From the human T2T-CHM13v2.0 reference genome, Homo sapiens, in assembly GCF_009914755.1 (NCBI RefSeq), contig NC_060938.1: a DNA stretch of 64,000 nt; one strand, written 5' to 3'. Of this stretch, positions 1 to 18,700 are shown piece after piece. Position numbers and translations under genes: made by a program. Each line of letters begins with the position of its first letter. Position 1 is the first letter of the stretch. The notes under the pieces are model-generated. The model was given only the letters and a program-made list of their open reading frames with translations. It made no database searches and had not been told where the DNA came from.

Positions 1-2581
1 AAGCCCACTCAGCACTGGAGGGAGTGACTGGCCCAGGCATCTGCCACCGGGGGCAAGGGTTCACCTCAACCCCAGCAGGGCTCAGATGGTACCTGGCTCC
101 CATCTCAAAGCAGCTCAGCTCCAGGCCTCTGAGCTGCATTCTAAGTTAAGTCCAACACACACCTGAGTGCTCAGGTGGGAGGCCCGCCCCAAGAGCCCTG
201 TGCTCCCATACTCGGCTTCTGCAGGTATCTGAGAAGGTGGGGTCTCCAATGCAGCAGAGCAGCCACCAGCTCTGCAAATGCAGCACTGTCCAAAGCCAGC
301 TCCAGATTCACTCAGCAAGCGTCTCTCCAACACCTCCCAGGGGCCAGAACTGCTCTACATGCTGAGAACATGCCCATGAAGACACAAACCAAACTCCTGG
401 GCCAGGGTTCCTCATCCGGTGGGACTCAGGAAAGCAGTGGTAGAAAGCAGGGCTCGTGCATCAGGCAGACTTGGGGCCACGTAGCCTGAGTGCTTAAATG
501 TTCTGAAACACCCCACGCCACCCGCCTCGTGAAAATGCTTGATGGGCACGATGCACGCTGCACACCTTCCATGGCTGGGCCCTGAGAGCCCCTCCAGCCT
601 CACCTCTCACCGTCCACCCAGACACACCAGGACCTTGTGGCCCTGACCTCAGGTGTCTCTCCTGCACGCTGCTTTCTCGGGCTTCCAGGCCTTTGCTCCT
701 GCCTCTGCCTGGCTCTCCCTGCTTGGTTAACTCCTAGCTATTTCAGGCCTCACTTTCAACAGCACCCCCACCCCCTGGCCCCAGCCATGTTTGGGTGAGG
801 CGCCCTCCTCTGTGACCCCCAGCACAGCACTGATGGTGTTGCATCCTAACCATGTGCTGCCTGCCTGCTTCCCTCCCCAGAGGCTAAGCCCTGTGGGTCC
901 AGCTGTCTCTTCCATGACTATATCCATGCTGCTCAATTAATGTCACCGCATGAAGAAGGCAAAGTCACTCACAATCGGAAAGGTTTCAAGTCTGGAAGAG
1001 GGACAAGGGAGGGAATCCCAAATTGTTCTAAGCATCCTATGAGGACTGAAGACGGTTTGCTAGGCTGTTGTAACTATTCCAATCTGAGAACAGGTGTCCT
1101 CCACCATTTATCTAATTCCTGACACTATGGGCATCCGAAGGGAGTACAGCTCACTCCTCTCAGCAGTGGCCTGGACTTAATCAACCATGCCCAATTCATC
1201 ACCTGCGTTGGCGGCTCAGTGTCTGCAAACCCACGTTTGTCTCACTACCTATCCCTGAGTAAATGTCTCATGCAGAGAGACACTATTTCTCTTTCTCTTG
1301 TGATTAATAAAGTGAATACGAAATCTAAGGCATTATAAATCTCATGGTAATTTTCCACTATGAAAGTCATTAATGTGAAAAATACTTGTCACTTCACAGA
1401 GGCATGACACTGGAGATGATGGAAACCTCTCTAAAACTCCAAGAACTCCCTGATGCAGAGGGCACAGCTTGTGTGTTTCTAGATCCTCTGCTCCTGGTGC
1501 AGCGCTCAGTTACCATGCAGGCGGGTGCTGGGCAGACGCGTCTATGTGACTGAGCGAGGATGCTCCCACAAGGTCAGGAACGAACACGGAGACGGGATCC
1601 CCAAACCCACCCTCCTCCACAAATCAGGGTGCAGGGTGAGATGTGGGAGTCACGTTCCATCCATGACCCCACTCTGGGGCTGCATGAGGTCCCCTATGTG
1701 CAGGAGGAGCTGCTGAGGTGGTTTGTGCATGACAGTCCCCAGCCCTCCCACCCGGGGCATTTCCAGTAAGCAATGCAGCCGTCAGAAGCTGCCCATGTTC
1801 TGGAACCCATCTGTGCCAGAGATTCGTGCCTCTCATAACCCAGAGAGCCAGTGGCCCATCTCCAGGACAAAGCTGAGAAACGGTCTACCCTCCCCACCCC
1901 TCGCCCAGGCATGGGCTGGCTTTGCACAGCCTTCAGGATGCTCCTCAGCAGGAGGTAAGGAGCCTTAGCATGCAAAGACACTCCCTGAGTGGGTCTGAGG
2001 AACAGACAGGTCCTCGCCACAGCCTCACCAACCCACCTCACCCAGTCCCAGAGCTTCCAGAGCCTCCAGGGCCCGGCTGCAGCACAGAACACGTAGAGAT
2101 CCTGGGCTCACAGCCTTCCCCGGCAAGCCCGACAGCTCCACGGCAGGGAGAGGGCAATACGGTGCTCTGCCTTCGGTGGCCTAAGAGGCCTTCTGGCTGG
2201 TAGGAGAGACGTTGGGATTATTTCTTAGCCTTGAACAAGTCCACTCAATGTGTGCCAGTATTCTGATTTCACTCAGCTCACGTTTTCTAACCACTTCCAG
2301 CCCCACTTGGAATAGGCAATGGGAAAAATTCCTAAATCCTCAGAAAAGAGGGTCCCGGAAGCTGCTACTGACATGAGGTTGTCAGGGTGAGTGGTCAAAG
2401 CATCAGAGACCTCACCTGGGTCTGGGTCTCCATGTAGCCTTGACCCTTTCACCTACATTTTTCCCAGAACCTTGATAAGATTTAAAATAAAGATAGAGTA
2501 GCCTCCACTAGCTGATGGCTATGGGGCTTGCCCAACACCAGTTACATCTTTGAAACCTCATAGAGCCATAACAATAATTCC

Positions 2582-2922
<341 letters not shown>

Positions 2923-3198
2923 TAGCCACAGAAATTGCAAGAAGTCTTTTAAAAGACGCACACGGATAGAAGGTGATCATAATGCCATGAGGTGGGGGCA
3001 GGAGAAACCCTGAATCACTGCCTTACATCAATCAATTACACTCCTTACCCTCCCCTGCTGACTGGGAGATGAAGAGGAGCAAGACGGGGGCCCTGGGAAG
3101 CCCAGGCAGGCTGAGGTGCCGGGGAAGCATCTGCTGAAACAGCTGTGGCTCCGCTCCTCCAAGCCCCCAAGGACAGGTCAGTCTGAATGTGCTTCTCA

Positions 3199-3432
<234 letters not shown>

Positions 3433-3577
3433 CTAGCTTAGGGCATCCTCTAGGAAGGGCAGAAAGGCCATTGCCCTTCTGCATGGTGTCTCCACGACGG
3501 CCCAGGACAAGCCAGCTCCTGGTGGCCGGGGGCCTCCATGTGCCACCACCACACGGGATCTCCACCTGCTGTCACTA

Positions 3578-3946
<369 letters not shown>

Positions 3947-4518
3947 TTATGGGGCCTGCAAAAATGTTACTGACTCAAAATTCTTTTCTTTTCATAAGTT
4001 TGCAACACCGGCCCTTAAACTATGTCCATCCGCCACTCAGGTCTCCCTCCCTGTGTGTGGGGCAGGTAAGGAGACCCCAGCGGCAGCTGTACCACCCCAC
4101 AGCCAGGCTCCACAGGTGACATCCATCAGCTGCAGGAAACCTGGGAGAACAGGCTCACCAGATTGGAGGGAAGGAGGGGCACCTCATCCCTCCAGCCAAG
4201 AAAACACATCAGGTGTGGTCGTCCCGGCCCCAAGCTGGAGCTGAGCGTGGACTGGAGGCTGCTTCTGTGGACAACTTGCACCGTCTGGACGGGAGGAAAC
4301 CCTGAAGACCGGGAAGAATCCCCGCCCCCATCCCTGTGCAGGCCTCAGAAGGGGAGGCAGCTAGTCCGAGGTCAAAGAGTAAGCTCAGGGCAGACCCCAG
4401 CTGACTCCGGGGCACACGTCAGAGCTGTGCCATTGGCAGCACCACACATGTGAGTCGACACCACACCAGAAACATGTCTGCAACACACACAAAGGTAGGA
4501 GAAGCAGCCGGGGACTCA

Positions 4519-4746
<228 letters not shown>

Positions 4747-4879
4747 TTAACCAGCACAACGCCTGAGCTTGAACAGGGTGAAGAAACCGCCAAAAGACAG
4801 ATATTTCAGCGGAGACTAAGAAACGAGGAGGAAGGTGGGAAAAGGCTGGCATGGGTTTTGAAAAGAGGTGAAATATTTA

Positions 4880-5323
<444 letters not shown>

Positions 5324-6047
5324 TCACACTGCAAACAGCATCCCCTTCCAATCAACCTTACTAATCCCTCAGTGACAAATTTACGGTGGCCAGCAAAAGG
5401 GTGCCCTACGCAAGTGTGGCCAAACCCTTCAGCAGAGCCCTGTTCATACGAACCACTTCTGCTTTCAGAACTGGGTCAGAGAGGACGCTGATTTTCAAAG
5501 GGGACCAGAAAGCACGCCTCACAATTATTTCCCTATAGGGTCCTGGGATAAGATATCTTCATTGGAGCTACATCAATGTAGAACACAAAGAAGGAAAGCT
5601 TCAGGGTGAGAGGGTGAGGAAAGGGACTGTATGTTACTTCTTAAAATCTATGCAAACAGCAAAAATATTAATCTTATGTCAGAATGTTGTGTACAAAGCA
5701 ATCTTGGGTTGTTTTCTGGATCTATTCATAAACAGTTTTCAGGGAAGGGTGCATCTCATTCCCACGGGCCACAGAAGACAGCCTCTTTGTGCCCCTTTCA
5801 CTGGCCAGGGAACGGAGATACACAGCTCTGTCTACGTGAAACAGCCTCTCGACGCACACCCCCGGATCTGCCACAGGAGACAGGATCCATTTCGAGCTCT
5901 TCTCCTCTCAATTTTGGAAGAAAGATACCATAGTGCTCAGGCCTCAAAAGAGGAAAACAAAAACAATGAAATCAGGGGTATCTACTCTGAAACACACCCA
6001 AAGAAGTCTTTATTCAATCAACAGAGATAGAGAAAACAAAAAAACTC

Positions 6048-6270
6048 AGCTTGAGCAACCTAGTAAGACCCCATCTCTACAAAAAATTTAAAAATTAGCC
6101 GGGCGAGGTGGCATGCACCTGTGGTCCCAGCTACTTGGGAGGCTGGGGCAGGAGGACCACTTGAGGCCAGGAGTTTGAGGTTGCAGTGAGCTATGATCAC
6201 ACCACTTGTACTCCAGCCTGGGTGACAGGCTGTCTCTAAAAAAAAGAGACCCTGTCTCTAAAAAAAGACA
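6048..6270 (+). mobile_element. 5'-truncated AluJ with duplicated 3' end
   Basis: End of left arm, linker, right arm; CTGTCTCT-A(n)-GA occurs twice. Confidence 0.88.
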
Positions 6271-7546
6271 AACCCATAAAATAAAAAGCAGACAGAACCC
6301 TGTCAACAAAGGCCCTTCAATTTCTCAAAATTTGAAGAGACACCACCTTCTTACCTCTCCCCACCTTAAAAGGCCGAGTTTGGATACAGGTGATCTGAGA
6401 ATTAGGAGAAATCTTATCCCATGATTCAGAGCACCCTAAGGGCACAGGATTGAGAGGCCGGTTCTAGGCCTGGTCCAGACCCAATGCTGGGGAAACTCCT
6501 TGGACATCTCGGGGCCTCTGTAAAGGGTGGTGTGGCTGGGCTTCAGGGGCTCAGCCTGGCTGCACCACAGCCACTTGCTGAGCTTTTATTGAAATGCTTA
6601 TGCCCCCTCCTCCCCCTGAGTCTGACTCAGTGGGTCTCTCATGGGGCCCAGCACCCAAATTTTAAAAAAGCACCCAGGGAATTCTGAAGCCCAGGCCCAA
6701 TGGCCCCAGCCAGCTGTGGAAGCTGGTAGGCCCAGCTACAGCTTCTCCCCAATATCAACCCAGGGAGTCCTGTGCTCAGCTGCCTCTGCCAATCACACAC
6801 CAGCTCCTGTGCATGCAAATCTTCATGTATTTATCTCATCTGTCCAATGACACTGACTGCTGAACCCAAATCCCCTAAGGTAATTAAAGCACACAATGCT
6901 TATTTTGGAAGGAGTGTGGAAGTGGAGGTCAGGAAAGTAAATTTCCACCTGGATACCGCCCCCCAGGGTGGGCGGCCTCCTTAGCTGATACCACCTTTGC
7001 CAACATCAATGGCAAAGGGCCGGGAAGGTCAGGCCTCAAAGGCCAGGGGCTCCTCCTCCTCCACTCCGCTGACGCTCAGTGCAGAGCCCTCCCGGCCCCT
7101 CGCTGGGGGGCCTGAGTTGGGGCTGGGCCAAGTCTCCCAAGGCGGTCTTTCTGGGACTCGCTGGTTTTGATTCCCAAGTGGTGTCAGCTTGTCTCTGCCA
7201 TGTCACTGACAGAAGCAGAGAATCTCTCTATTCTATAAAGATCAACTGTTCAAAGCAGGGTGACATTTGCCAGAATACATTTTCAGGGCCTGTAAATCAA
7301 ACTCTGGGCCTCAACCAGTTGACAGCTCTTAAAAATAGTCTGAGTCCATATAAGGCAAAAAGAAGGAGACAAAAGATGACTTGATTGAGGTGTTTTTTTT
7401 TTTTAATTTTTATTTTTACCCTCATTTTATTTTAGCTGGCTGATTGATGGCTATCTTTCCAAATAGAATCAATGTGTCTGTGGTGTCTGAAACCTAAGAT
7501 TAGCAAAATCGTAATGGGTGATGTATTCTTCAAACGTTTCCACTCA

Positions 7547-7819
<273 letters not shown>

Positions 7820-7871
7820 TCATAACTAAGAACGCTCTTGTCCTCCTACCAGCCTTACACTGATGTGTCTC

Positions 7872-8040
7872 TAGTGGTTGCCAGGACCACTTACATCAGA
7901 ATCACCTGGGGAGCTTGTTCTTAAAACTCCCATCCGTAAGCCCCCACCCAGATTGAAAAGACCAGGGTGGAACACAGAACGCTTCATTTTAAACAAGCTC
8001 TCCCGGTGATTCTTAAGTACAGAAAGACGGGGGACACCTG
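7872..8040. mobile_element. MER5-family (hAT-Charlie) DNA transposon fossil
   Basis: catcagaatcacctggggagcttgtt...attttaaacaagctctcccggtgattct motif. Confidence 0.7.
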
Positions 8041-8047
8041 GTTTAGG

Positions 8048-8570
8048 CCAGGGTGGGGCAAACTTCATGTGTAAAAAGCCAGATGGTAAATATTTTAGAC
8101 TCTGTGGGCCATTTGGCCTCTGTCACAACTACTCAGCTCTGTCGCTGTAGTGGCAAACCAGCCACAGACAATATGTAAAGGTGGGCATGAGGCTGTGTTC
8201 CAATAAAACTTTATTTGAGAGAGGGTCTCGCTGTCACCCAGGCTGGAGTGCAGTGGCATGATCATGGCTCACTGCAGCCTCAAACTCCTGCACTCAAGTG
8301 ATCCTCTCGCCTCAGCCTCCCGAGTAGCCGGGACTACAGGCATGCGCCACCACACCCAGCTAATGTTTTCTATTTTTTGTAAAGATGAGGTCTCACTATG
8401 TTGCCAAGGCTGGTCTTGAACTCCCGACCTCAAGCGATCCTCCCCCACCTCAGCCTCCCAAAGTGCTGAGATTACAGGCATGAGCCACTGCACTCGGCCC
8501 AATAAAACTTTATTTACAAATACAGGCAGCAAGTCAGATCTGGCCCACAAGCTGTAGTTTGCAGATCCTT
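8048..8570. mobile_element. MER58A-like DNA transposon interrupted by an Alu
   Basis: ggcaaactt...ccagatggtaaatattttag...ccaataaaactttattt...ctgtagtttgc. Confidence 0.8.
8217..8499 (-). mobile_element. AluJ inserted in MER58
   Basis: 16-bp TSD CAATAAAACTTTATTT at 8201-8216 and 8500-8515. Confidence 0.9.
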
Positions 8571-8840
8571 GTTCTAGTGATTCCTACGCTGGGGACGATT
8601 TGCTAATGGTACCCTGGCCTGAGGGATCCCCATCTCGCCTCCTGCCCAAGGTGCCCTGGTACTAGAAACAGCTGCCACGTAAAACAATGGCCACTCTCTT
8701 CCAGGAACCCAGCGGCCTTCTGTCATATTGGACTGAAAGGAGCATCCTCCCACCTAAGCTAAGGGCTCGGTCAAGTCCCGCAAACCCAATATGAGATGGC
8801 TGGGGTAGGTCCCTCTGCTGCAGCCCTGCCCAATCCCTAC

Positions 8841-8899
8841 CTGGACAGCACAGCCCAGCACCAGCAGCAGCACCTTCTTGATTTCCTCCATGCTCTTCC
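8841..8899 (-). CDS. CCDC88C: CCDC88C exon 5 (59 nt), (G)KSMEEIKKVLLLVLGCAVQ
   Basis: Acceptor ctctcttgatctag|GG; donor CAG|gtaggg; completes the split Gly codon of exon 4; LLLVLGCAVQ is the HOOK-domain signature. Too short for the ORF track. Confidence 0.95.
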
Positions 8900-9065
8900 C
8901 TAGATCAAGAGAGCAACACATTTAACTCAGCTCAACTGCTGATATAATTTCAGTGACATGTTTACCGTAGGGAAAAAACAGATAAAAAAAAATCATCTCT
9001 CTACTCTGTGACATTCACTTAGGTATACACACTCCATCGATCTTCCATGTGTGGCTTTATTTACT

Positions 9066-9362
9066 TTTTATTTTATTTTGAGACAGGGTCTCACTCTGTC
9101 ACCCAGGCTGGAGTGCAGTGGCAGGCCCACAGCTCATTGCAGCCTTGACCTCCCAAGGCTCAAGCGATCCTCTCACCTCAGCCTCCCTAGTAGCTGGGAC
9201 TACAGACACATACCACCATGCCCAGCTAATTTTTGTATTTGTTGAAGAGATGGGTTTTTGCCATGTTGCCTAGGCTGGTCTCAAACTCCTGGACTCAAGT
9301 GATCCGCCCACCTCAGCCTCCCAGGTTGCAGGAATTACAGGTGTGAGCCACCATACCCAGCC
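9066..9362 (-). mobile_element. AluJ
   Basis: Dimeric Alu; TTATTTACTTTTTA on both flanks. Confidence 0.9.
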
Positions 9363-9739
9363 TTATTTACTTTTTAAACCAAATGAGAATTCTGTACATA
9401 ACTATTTGAAGCCCCTTCCATTCAAATATGTCGTAAGTATCTCCCCATGATAATTAACAAACCATAACATCAGCATCCCTTTTTAGCGCGTAAGCAAAGT
9501 ACACAATGGGAGAGAACAACTCCCACAGGAAATACTGAGTCAACGCTAAAATAAGGCTGTATACAACCTTCCCCTTTTTATTATGCAAAATTCCAAACAG
9601 ACACGGGAGGACAGTATAATGAACCTCCACAATACACTCAGCCTCACATTATCAACATTCTGCACCTCTCACTCTACCTGCCTCCTCCTTCCCCCTTTTA
9701 AGTTTGTTTGGCTGGAGTATTCTAAAGTAAATTCTATAA

Positions 9740-10729
<990 letters not shown>

Positions 10730-11059
10730 TTAAAATATTTCAATCTAAACAATGTTATAAAGAATATCATGGTAGCTAATTCTTTATGCATTCCCTTTTT
10801 AAGCTTTTCATATTGACAAACTGCCCTGCAGACAGGCTCTGCCATTTCACCCTGGGAAATGTGTGGTGATTCCCATTTTCCTACCCTTGATCAACATTTA
10901 CCTCACCACTTTCCCAACTTTGTCAATCAGGCCAAAAATCCTGTTTCGTCATTCTGAGCTGTGTCTCTTTGATTGTGCTTGGGGCTGAATGCATCTTCAC
11001 CTGTTTATCTATCTCAAACACTTAAACAGCAGCAGAACACCTGCGCCTAGACGATGGGC

Positions 11060-11170
11060 TTGGTCACCCAGGAACTGTGTGTCCCAGACAAGCCATACTC
11101 TGTCTCCAAGCCTCAGTTTCCACATCTATAAAATGGCCTGGGTAATGTGCAGGGTTCCCTTTCAGGTTCA
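11060..11170. mobile_element. MIR fragment
   Basis: agcctcagtttccacatctataaaatgg MIR core. Confidence 0.7.
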
Positions 11171-11827
11171 AAAAAAAAAAAATCTATGTGTTCTTTTTCG
11201 TTATATCCTATTGTATTGAGGAAGAAAGGACATGCCAGAAATAGCTTTCTTCTCTTAAAAGACTTAACCAACTCACACACTGGGCTACAGTGTCCCAAAG
11301 TGTCAAAGACTGCCGGGATGAAAAAACCAAACCGCCGTCCTGAGAACCAATGCTGCGGTTCATTTCAGATCCCTGGGTATAAGTAGTGAATGAATATGCG
11401 ACCTCCTCCTAAGACCCCTCAACTGAGAAATAGCTAAAATTGGCTTTCCTTGAGATAATGACATCATTGTCAAGCCTCAGAACTGGGAACTGGGGGTTCA
11501 CTGAACCAGAAACACACCCCGCCCCCCAGCCTGAAGGCAGGGCAGGGAGAGACTGGTGGGTTGGACCACAGGGTCTAAGGCCACTTTCCTGCTCTGGAGG
11601 ACACACCTGAGAATAAGGCTCAGCGTTGCAAAGCAATCTTCTAAGGTTAAATCCTTCTCCTGCTAGTAAGTGTAGAAATTCATCAATATTTGAAATGGAA
11701 AAATTCTCAAAATCTTAGGATTTTTTTTTTTTACTTGAGATCTTTTATTTGGCCCAAGATACTCTAATCCATAGAATAAATATCACCACAGTGACTCACT
11801 TCCCTATTAACGTGGAGCTATTCATCA

Positions 11828-12190
<363 letters not shown>

Positions 12191-12675
12191 TCAGTCTTTC
12201 TGACAGTGCTTGCCGGCTCAGCCCAAGTCACCCACCTCCCCCTTTCCCTTTTGTCGGCCCACAGATCACTGGCAAGTGCTCATCACATGCCCATGCTGGA
12301 TATAAGAGGCACAGACCCTTCCCAGCCGTCACTGGCTTGTCTTCCTACAATGAGACTCACTTTTTGAAAGGCCACTCACCTGGTACTGTACCCACCACAG
12401 GAGCTGAAACACTAAGAAAGCACTTAAGGGCCTGAGATCAGCCCAAACAGAAGTCAGGGTTTGCACAGAAAATCTTTATGTACTCTATTCGCAGCAAAGT
12501 CCCCAAATAAACTAATTACATCACACTGTAGAATCATTTGGACAACTCTGGTGATCCATTTCCCCAGCCCAAAGCACATTACAACAGCAAATTAAAAGGG
12601 AGGAAAGTGCTAGAGAGGCTCACTGATGGTGTTCTGAGAGCAAGGAAGAGACCAGAAACCTTGCACACACACTAG

Positions 12676-13794
<1,119 letters not shown>

Positions 13795-15373
13795 CTACTC
13801 TCTCAGCACCCTGCAATCACACACAATGACAACCCTGAGTTCATTCATTCCCTCATTCATCCCAACACCCATTAGACATCAAGAAAACAATCTGACCCAC
13901 AGCACAGGTTAGAAGAGTATGGATTCCTGTTTGCTAAGGTTTGTAACAGGAGGGAAAAAGGCTTTAAAGGTAGAGAATTAAGTTTAGAAAAATATTCATG
14001 AAAAAAATAAACTCTTTGGTGATGAACAGGTTACTAAGAAATTCACCTCTGCCCTCATTCAAATGAAGCAGAGTGATGCTTGCTCTCACCAGGCTGAGTG
14101 AATAGAAACATTTGCTTATTAACAAAAGCATCCTGTGATCCCCACCCCTACAGATTCCTACAAAATTTTTTTTTAAAAAGCGCCCAGGGCGGGAAGCAGA
14201 AGTTTCCTCATTTCTCATGAGAAGCCGATGCCCAATTTCTTTCAGGATTTCAGTCATAAGAAAAACCGCTATTTCCATAAATCTACCAGATTGTGGGTTT
14301 TGAATAGTTTCAAAACACAGCAGAAGATTCCCTCCTGGGTCCTTGCCAGTAAGACTGGCTCAGTGACACAGTCAAGCAGGCCAAGATCAAACAAACCTAC
14401 AGACAGCTCCCTGCCAAGTACCTACTATGTGCTGGGAGCCAAACCAGCAATCAGAAAGCTGATAAATGCTATGGGAACCCGGGAAAGGAACTTCTAATTT
14501 GCAGCAAGGCCCAGGGCAAGGACTCTAAAGGGAATAACCTTTGAGCTGAGTTCCACAGATAAGGAGGAGACAGACTTATCGGGTAGGCAAGTGTGGGCTT
14601 TCCAGGCCCAGGGAACAGCACATGCGAAGGCCAAGAGGTAAGAGAGCACGCTGCTTGTCAAAGTATAAGTGCTTTATGGTTACACTTACTCGAGCTGCTG
14701 TTCAGAGGGAGAAACGGGGGCAGGTTATAAAACGACGTGAATTTCTACACCAAAAAAGTCACAAGCAACCACTGCGGGCGGGGATCGAGAAACATCAGAC
14801 CGGACACACTCCACACTTAACACAACTACACTCTGTTGAGAATAGGAGAACCCCTGGGGGAATCCCAGGACGGCCTGAGTCAATAGCTGAGTCTAAGAAA
14901 AACCTTACCTTACTACCTGCTTCCTGGAGTCTTGACACAAAGAAATTCACCCCAGCCTTTCTTAGCAGAAATGCAATGCAGGCAGGCCAACATAAGCTAT
15001 ATAGAAAGCTGCAGACGTTAACAGTCATAAGCTTCCAAAACAAAAGGGAAACTGCCTGATAGCACACGTTTCTAAGGGCAGAGGTGAGGATAGAAAAGTA
15101 GTTGCACAATTAAAATACACCATCCTCTAAAATGTGCATTATATCAAGGTTTGAAAATTCCCCGACTTGCTAACTCTGAGTCCATGGCAGACATGATTAG
15201 TCAATCACAGCACTTTCTGACTTAGGGTGGAACTAGGCCTCAGAATCCTTCTGAACACAGCCCTCCACAGACTACCAGTTAATGGAAGTTAACACATGGA
15301 ACAAAACCTATCTTCCTTCCATGACTGGTACATAATGTGTATAGTCCTTTTTGACTCCACTCTGGTTCTTTAA

Positions 15374-15714
<341 letters not shown>

Positions 15715-18700
15715 TGATTTCTGGATACAGGAACTAATTCTTGTTGTGTATAAACAATGACTGAGGTGTGAAGCTGGGGATTTAAGCAATGGCAGGCAAG
15801 CATCCCTTTCCCTTCCTGCCCCAAACTGCACACTCTCTGCCCTTGCTGGGGTCAAAGGCACAGTGATGTCTCTCCACAGACGAACAGGGGTCAGAGATAA
15901 AGCAGTGAAACTGATTCCTCTGTCTTGCTAACTCAGCTCCCCACAACCACAGAGGCCCAGGACCTGCAAATGACCAGCCAGGCTCAGGTTTAACCCTCAC
16001 AACCTGGAAGGACTGACCATATTCCATAGAGTAATTCTGCCCTTCCCTCCTACAGACCACCATTACTGCACCTTAATATACGGCATGCTACCATGTGACT
16101 TAATTCTAAAAGCAATCCCCCGAGGACGGCATGATGACTCCATCTCAGAAATAGAAGGATGCAGCTCAGAAAGGCTGAGTCACAGAACTAAGATCTGTCC
16201 CCGGGTCCACCACTACCTACCATCTCCTAACTTATTTATGTTTCCTTCCAAAGCAGGGAGCTATGTGGTTTCGCTTCTGATCCCGGTGGTCCCACGCAGG
16301 TTGTTTAACCAGCGTTTGCTGACTGAGTGAGGTTAACTGTTAGCATCAAGTACCTGGGTTAGAACCGCAAAGAGAGCAGTTTCAGTTTCTCTCTTCTACG
16401 GCACGTATGTGTGCTTACTTATTCTACATTCTCTTCTCTTCTGGCTTACATGCTGGTGTGAACCACTAACTGCTTTCCCTGGTTTTGTACTTAAAAACCA
16501 GTTATTTCATAAGGATGCTCACGAGGCTGTCACAGTGATTTGAAAACAGCAGTGCACTGAACACGACCCTGTTGTCTCTCCTCAGTACACGGGCACACCC
16601 CAACACTCACTCACATGGGCACGGCTCTGAGGGCCCTCCTGAGGGCTCAGCTTACAACGAGAAGAGCTGTTTATTATTATTTTAACAGTTGGGGTACTTC
16701 CTAGGCACTGCCGAGGAATACTCAAGGTGGAGAGTTCCCCGTGGGTGGGCACATGGGGATGCTCCATCATATGTGTCCCCACCCATGGGGAAGGAGGCAG
16801 GCACCTCTACGCACGGGCTCACATTCTGGGGAGCGGCCCCTGTGGAATCCTCATGTCACCACGTGCCCCCACCCCCCGGCATTAACATAACCAGGCACAC
16901 ATATTTATCAAACGTGGACTCTGGCAGGCGCTAAGCTGCATGCCTGTGTGGAATGGTGCAGGAGCCTCCCGGGGGCACTCTGACTAGTGGCCCTTTACTC
17001 TAGTGTCTCTCTGCTGCCCATGTCAAGTCAGTCCCACCCCCACAGATACCCCAGCACCACCACGCACAACAGACGACAGCTACCCCCAGGTCATGTAGAA
17101 CACTTTGAAATATCAGCCCCTCGGAGCACCCTCACCCCAAAAATGACCTCCTACCCCACCTGCCTGCCACGCCTGCAGAAGCTGAGAGCGAATTCATTTC
17201 CCAGCACCAAACAACTGAAGACCAGAAAAGCAGAATCAGCCACAAGCCTGCAGCTTGAGACTCAAGTTTGCCCTGGGAAGGGGCGAGGAGCTAGGGCAGG
17301 CAGGGGACGCTCTGGGAAAGGGTCCCTCCCAACCACCACGTGGAAAACTCAAACATAAAGACCTTTGACAAATAGCATCTCTTCCCTCCTCCGCAGACGG
17401 CGGTGGCCACAGAGAGTAGGGCTGCTGGAAGCCATGGTGTGGCTGTTGCAGCCAGCGGCGTTCTCTGTGTGCCTGGGCCATCGCTAGGAAGTTTACTAAC
17501 AAAGTCTGGTCTCCAGGCAGATCCGCGGGTGCTTGGAGGCCGGCGTGTGGGCCGCACTGTGACGCTCGGCTGGGCTTGGTGTCAGCCAAACTCTGCACCT
17601 TCCTAGGAAAGGAAAGCCTCGGCTCCTGGCTTAAGTGCCCCAGCACCGCACGTGGACTGGAGCCCTCATTTCCGGATCCAACAAGCAGCACAGAAGCAAA
17701 GAAGCAGGATAGAAACGGGGTAGTTTAAAACAGCATTTGGTTGCTTTTCTGAACCTTCTCTCTCAAGGATGAAAGAGGAAATTTTAGAACAATCAAAATG
17801 CCTGCAAGATTAGCTTTTTCTTATTTCTTCCCTCCCATTCAAACGCCCAAAACGTTTTGCAAATATGAAAATTATATATATATACACACACACATATACA
17901 CTTATACACAGGATTAGAGAATTATGGCCAGGAGAAATAAAATAAAAACAACAGGGGTAGGGGAAAAGAACACAAGAATGGCTCATGAAGCCTGAGTGGC
18001 CGACCCTCAGCCTCCACACCACACGGTGAGCAGGCATGGAGCCAGGGGCAGGACTGGGAGGGCCGCAGGGCCAGGAAGACAGGGCTTTTGATTTTTAAAA
18101 GCACCATCTCTGCAGCAGGAGGACTGTTCCTCACAAGCCGGACTCTGAGCCTGTGCCTGGGTTGCCAGGATGGAGGTCAGTAAGCCTGGGGCACACCCAG
18201 CCCTCACAAGTTCCCCGGGGCCCCCGAAGGAAGGCAGGGCTGTGCCGTGTGGGCTACGAGAGAGAGGTTTCCATGGGATCTGAAAAGCACTCCAAGGACA
18301 CACTGGCAGGAGAGCAAATCAATACTGAGAGGGTTAAATATTAAATTCCAAGGAGTTTCAGGAGGTCTGTTTCCTCTGGCCCATGAATCCTAAACCTCAG
18401 CTGTCACAGAAGGCCTCCTCCTTGCCCCAGGCTTGCTGATCCTCATGAGACTTCCAGCAACTTGCACTCCCCTGAGCTCGTTCCACCTAGAACACCTTTC
18501 CTCGCTTTCTCTGTCCGTGGCTTGCCCAGATATTGCCTCCTCCAGGAAGCCTTCCTGGCCTGCCCAAGCAGAACTCATCAGCCCCCTTGCACTGGCTGTG
18601 AAGCACATTCTTGCACCATCTTCTGTCCTAGAATAAATGTCGCAGGACTCTGTCTTCCCTTCCTGCCTCAACCCAGACTGGGGGCTTCCTGAGCAGAGGC

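Noticed and set aside
14700-14915. TATA-like TTATAAAA, GC box and a strong minus-strand donor (AG|GTAAGG) suggesting an internal promoter or alternative exon
   Set aside because: Motifs are in inconsistent orientation and common by chance; no CpG island or matching acceptor was established.
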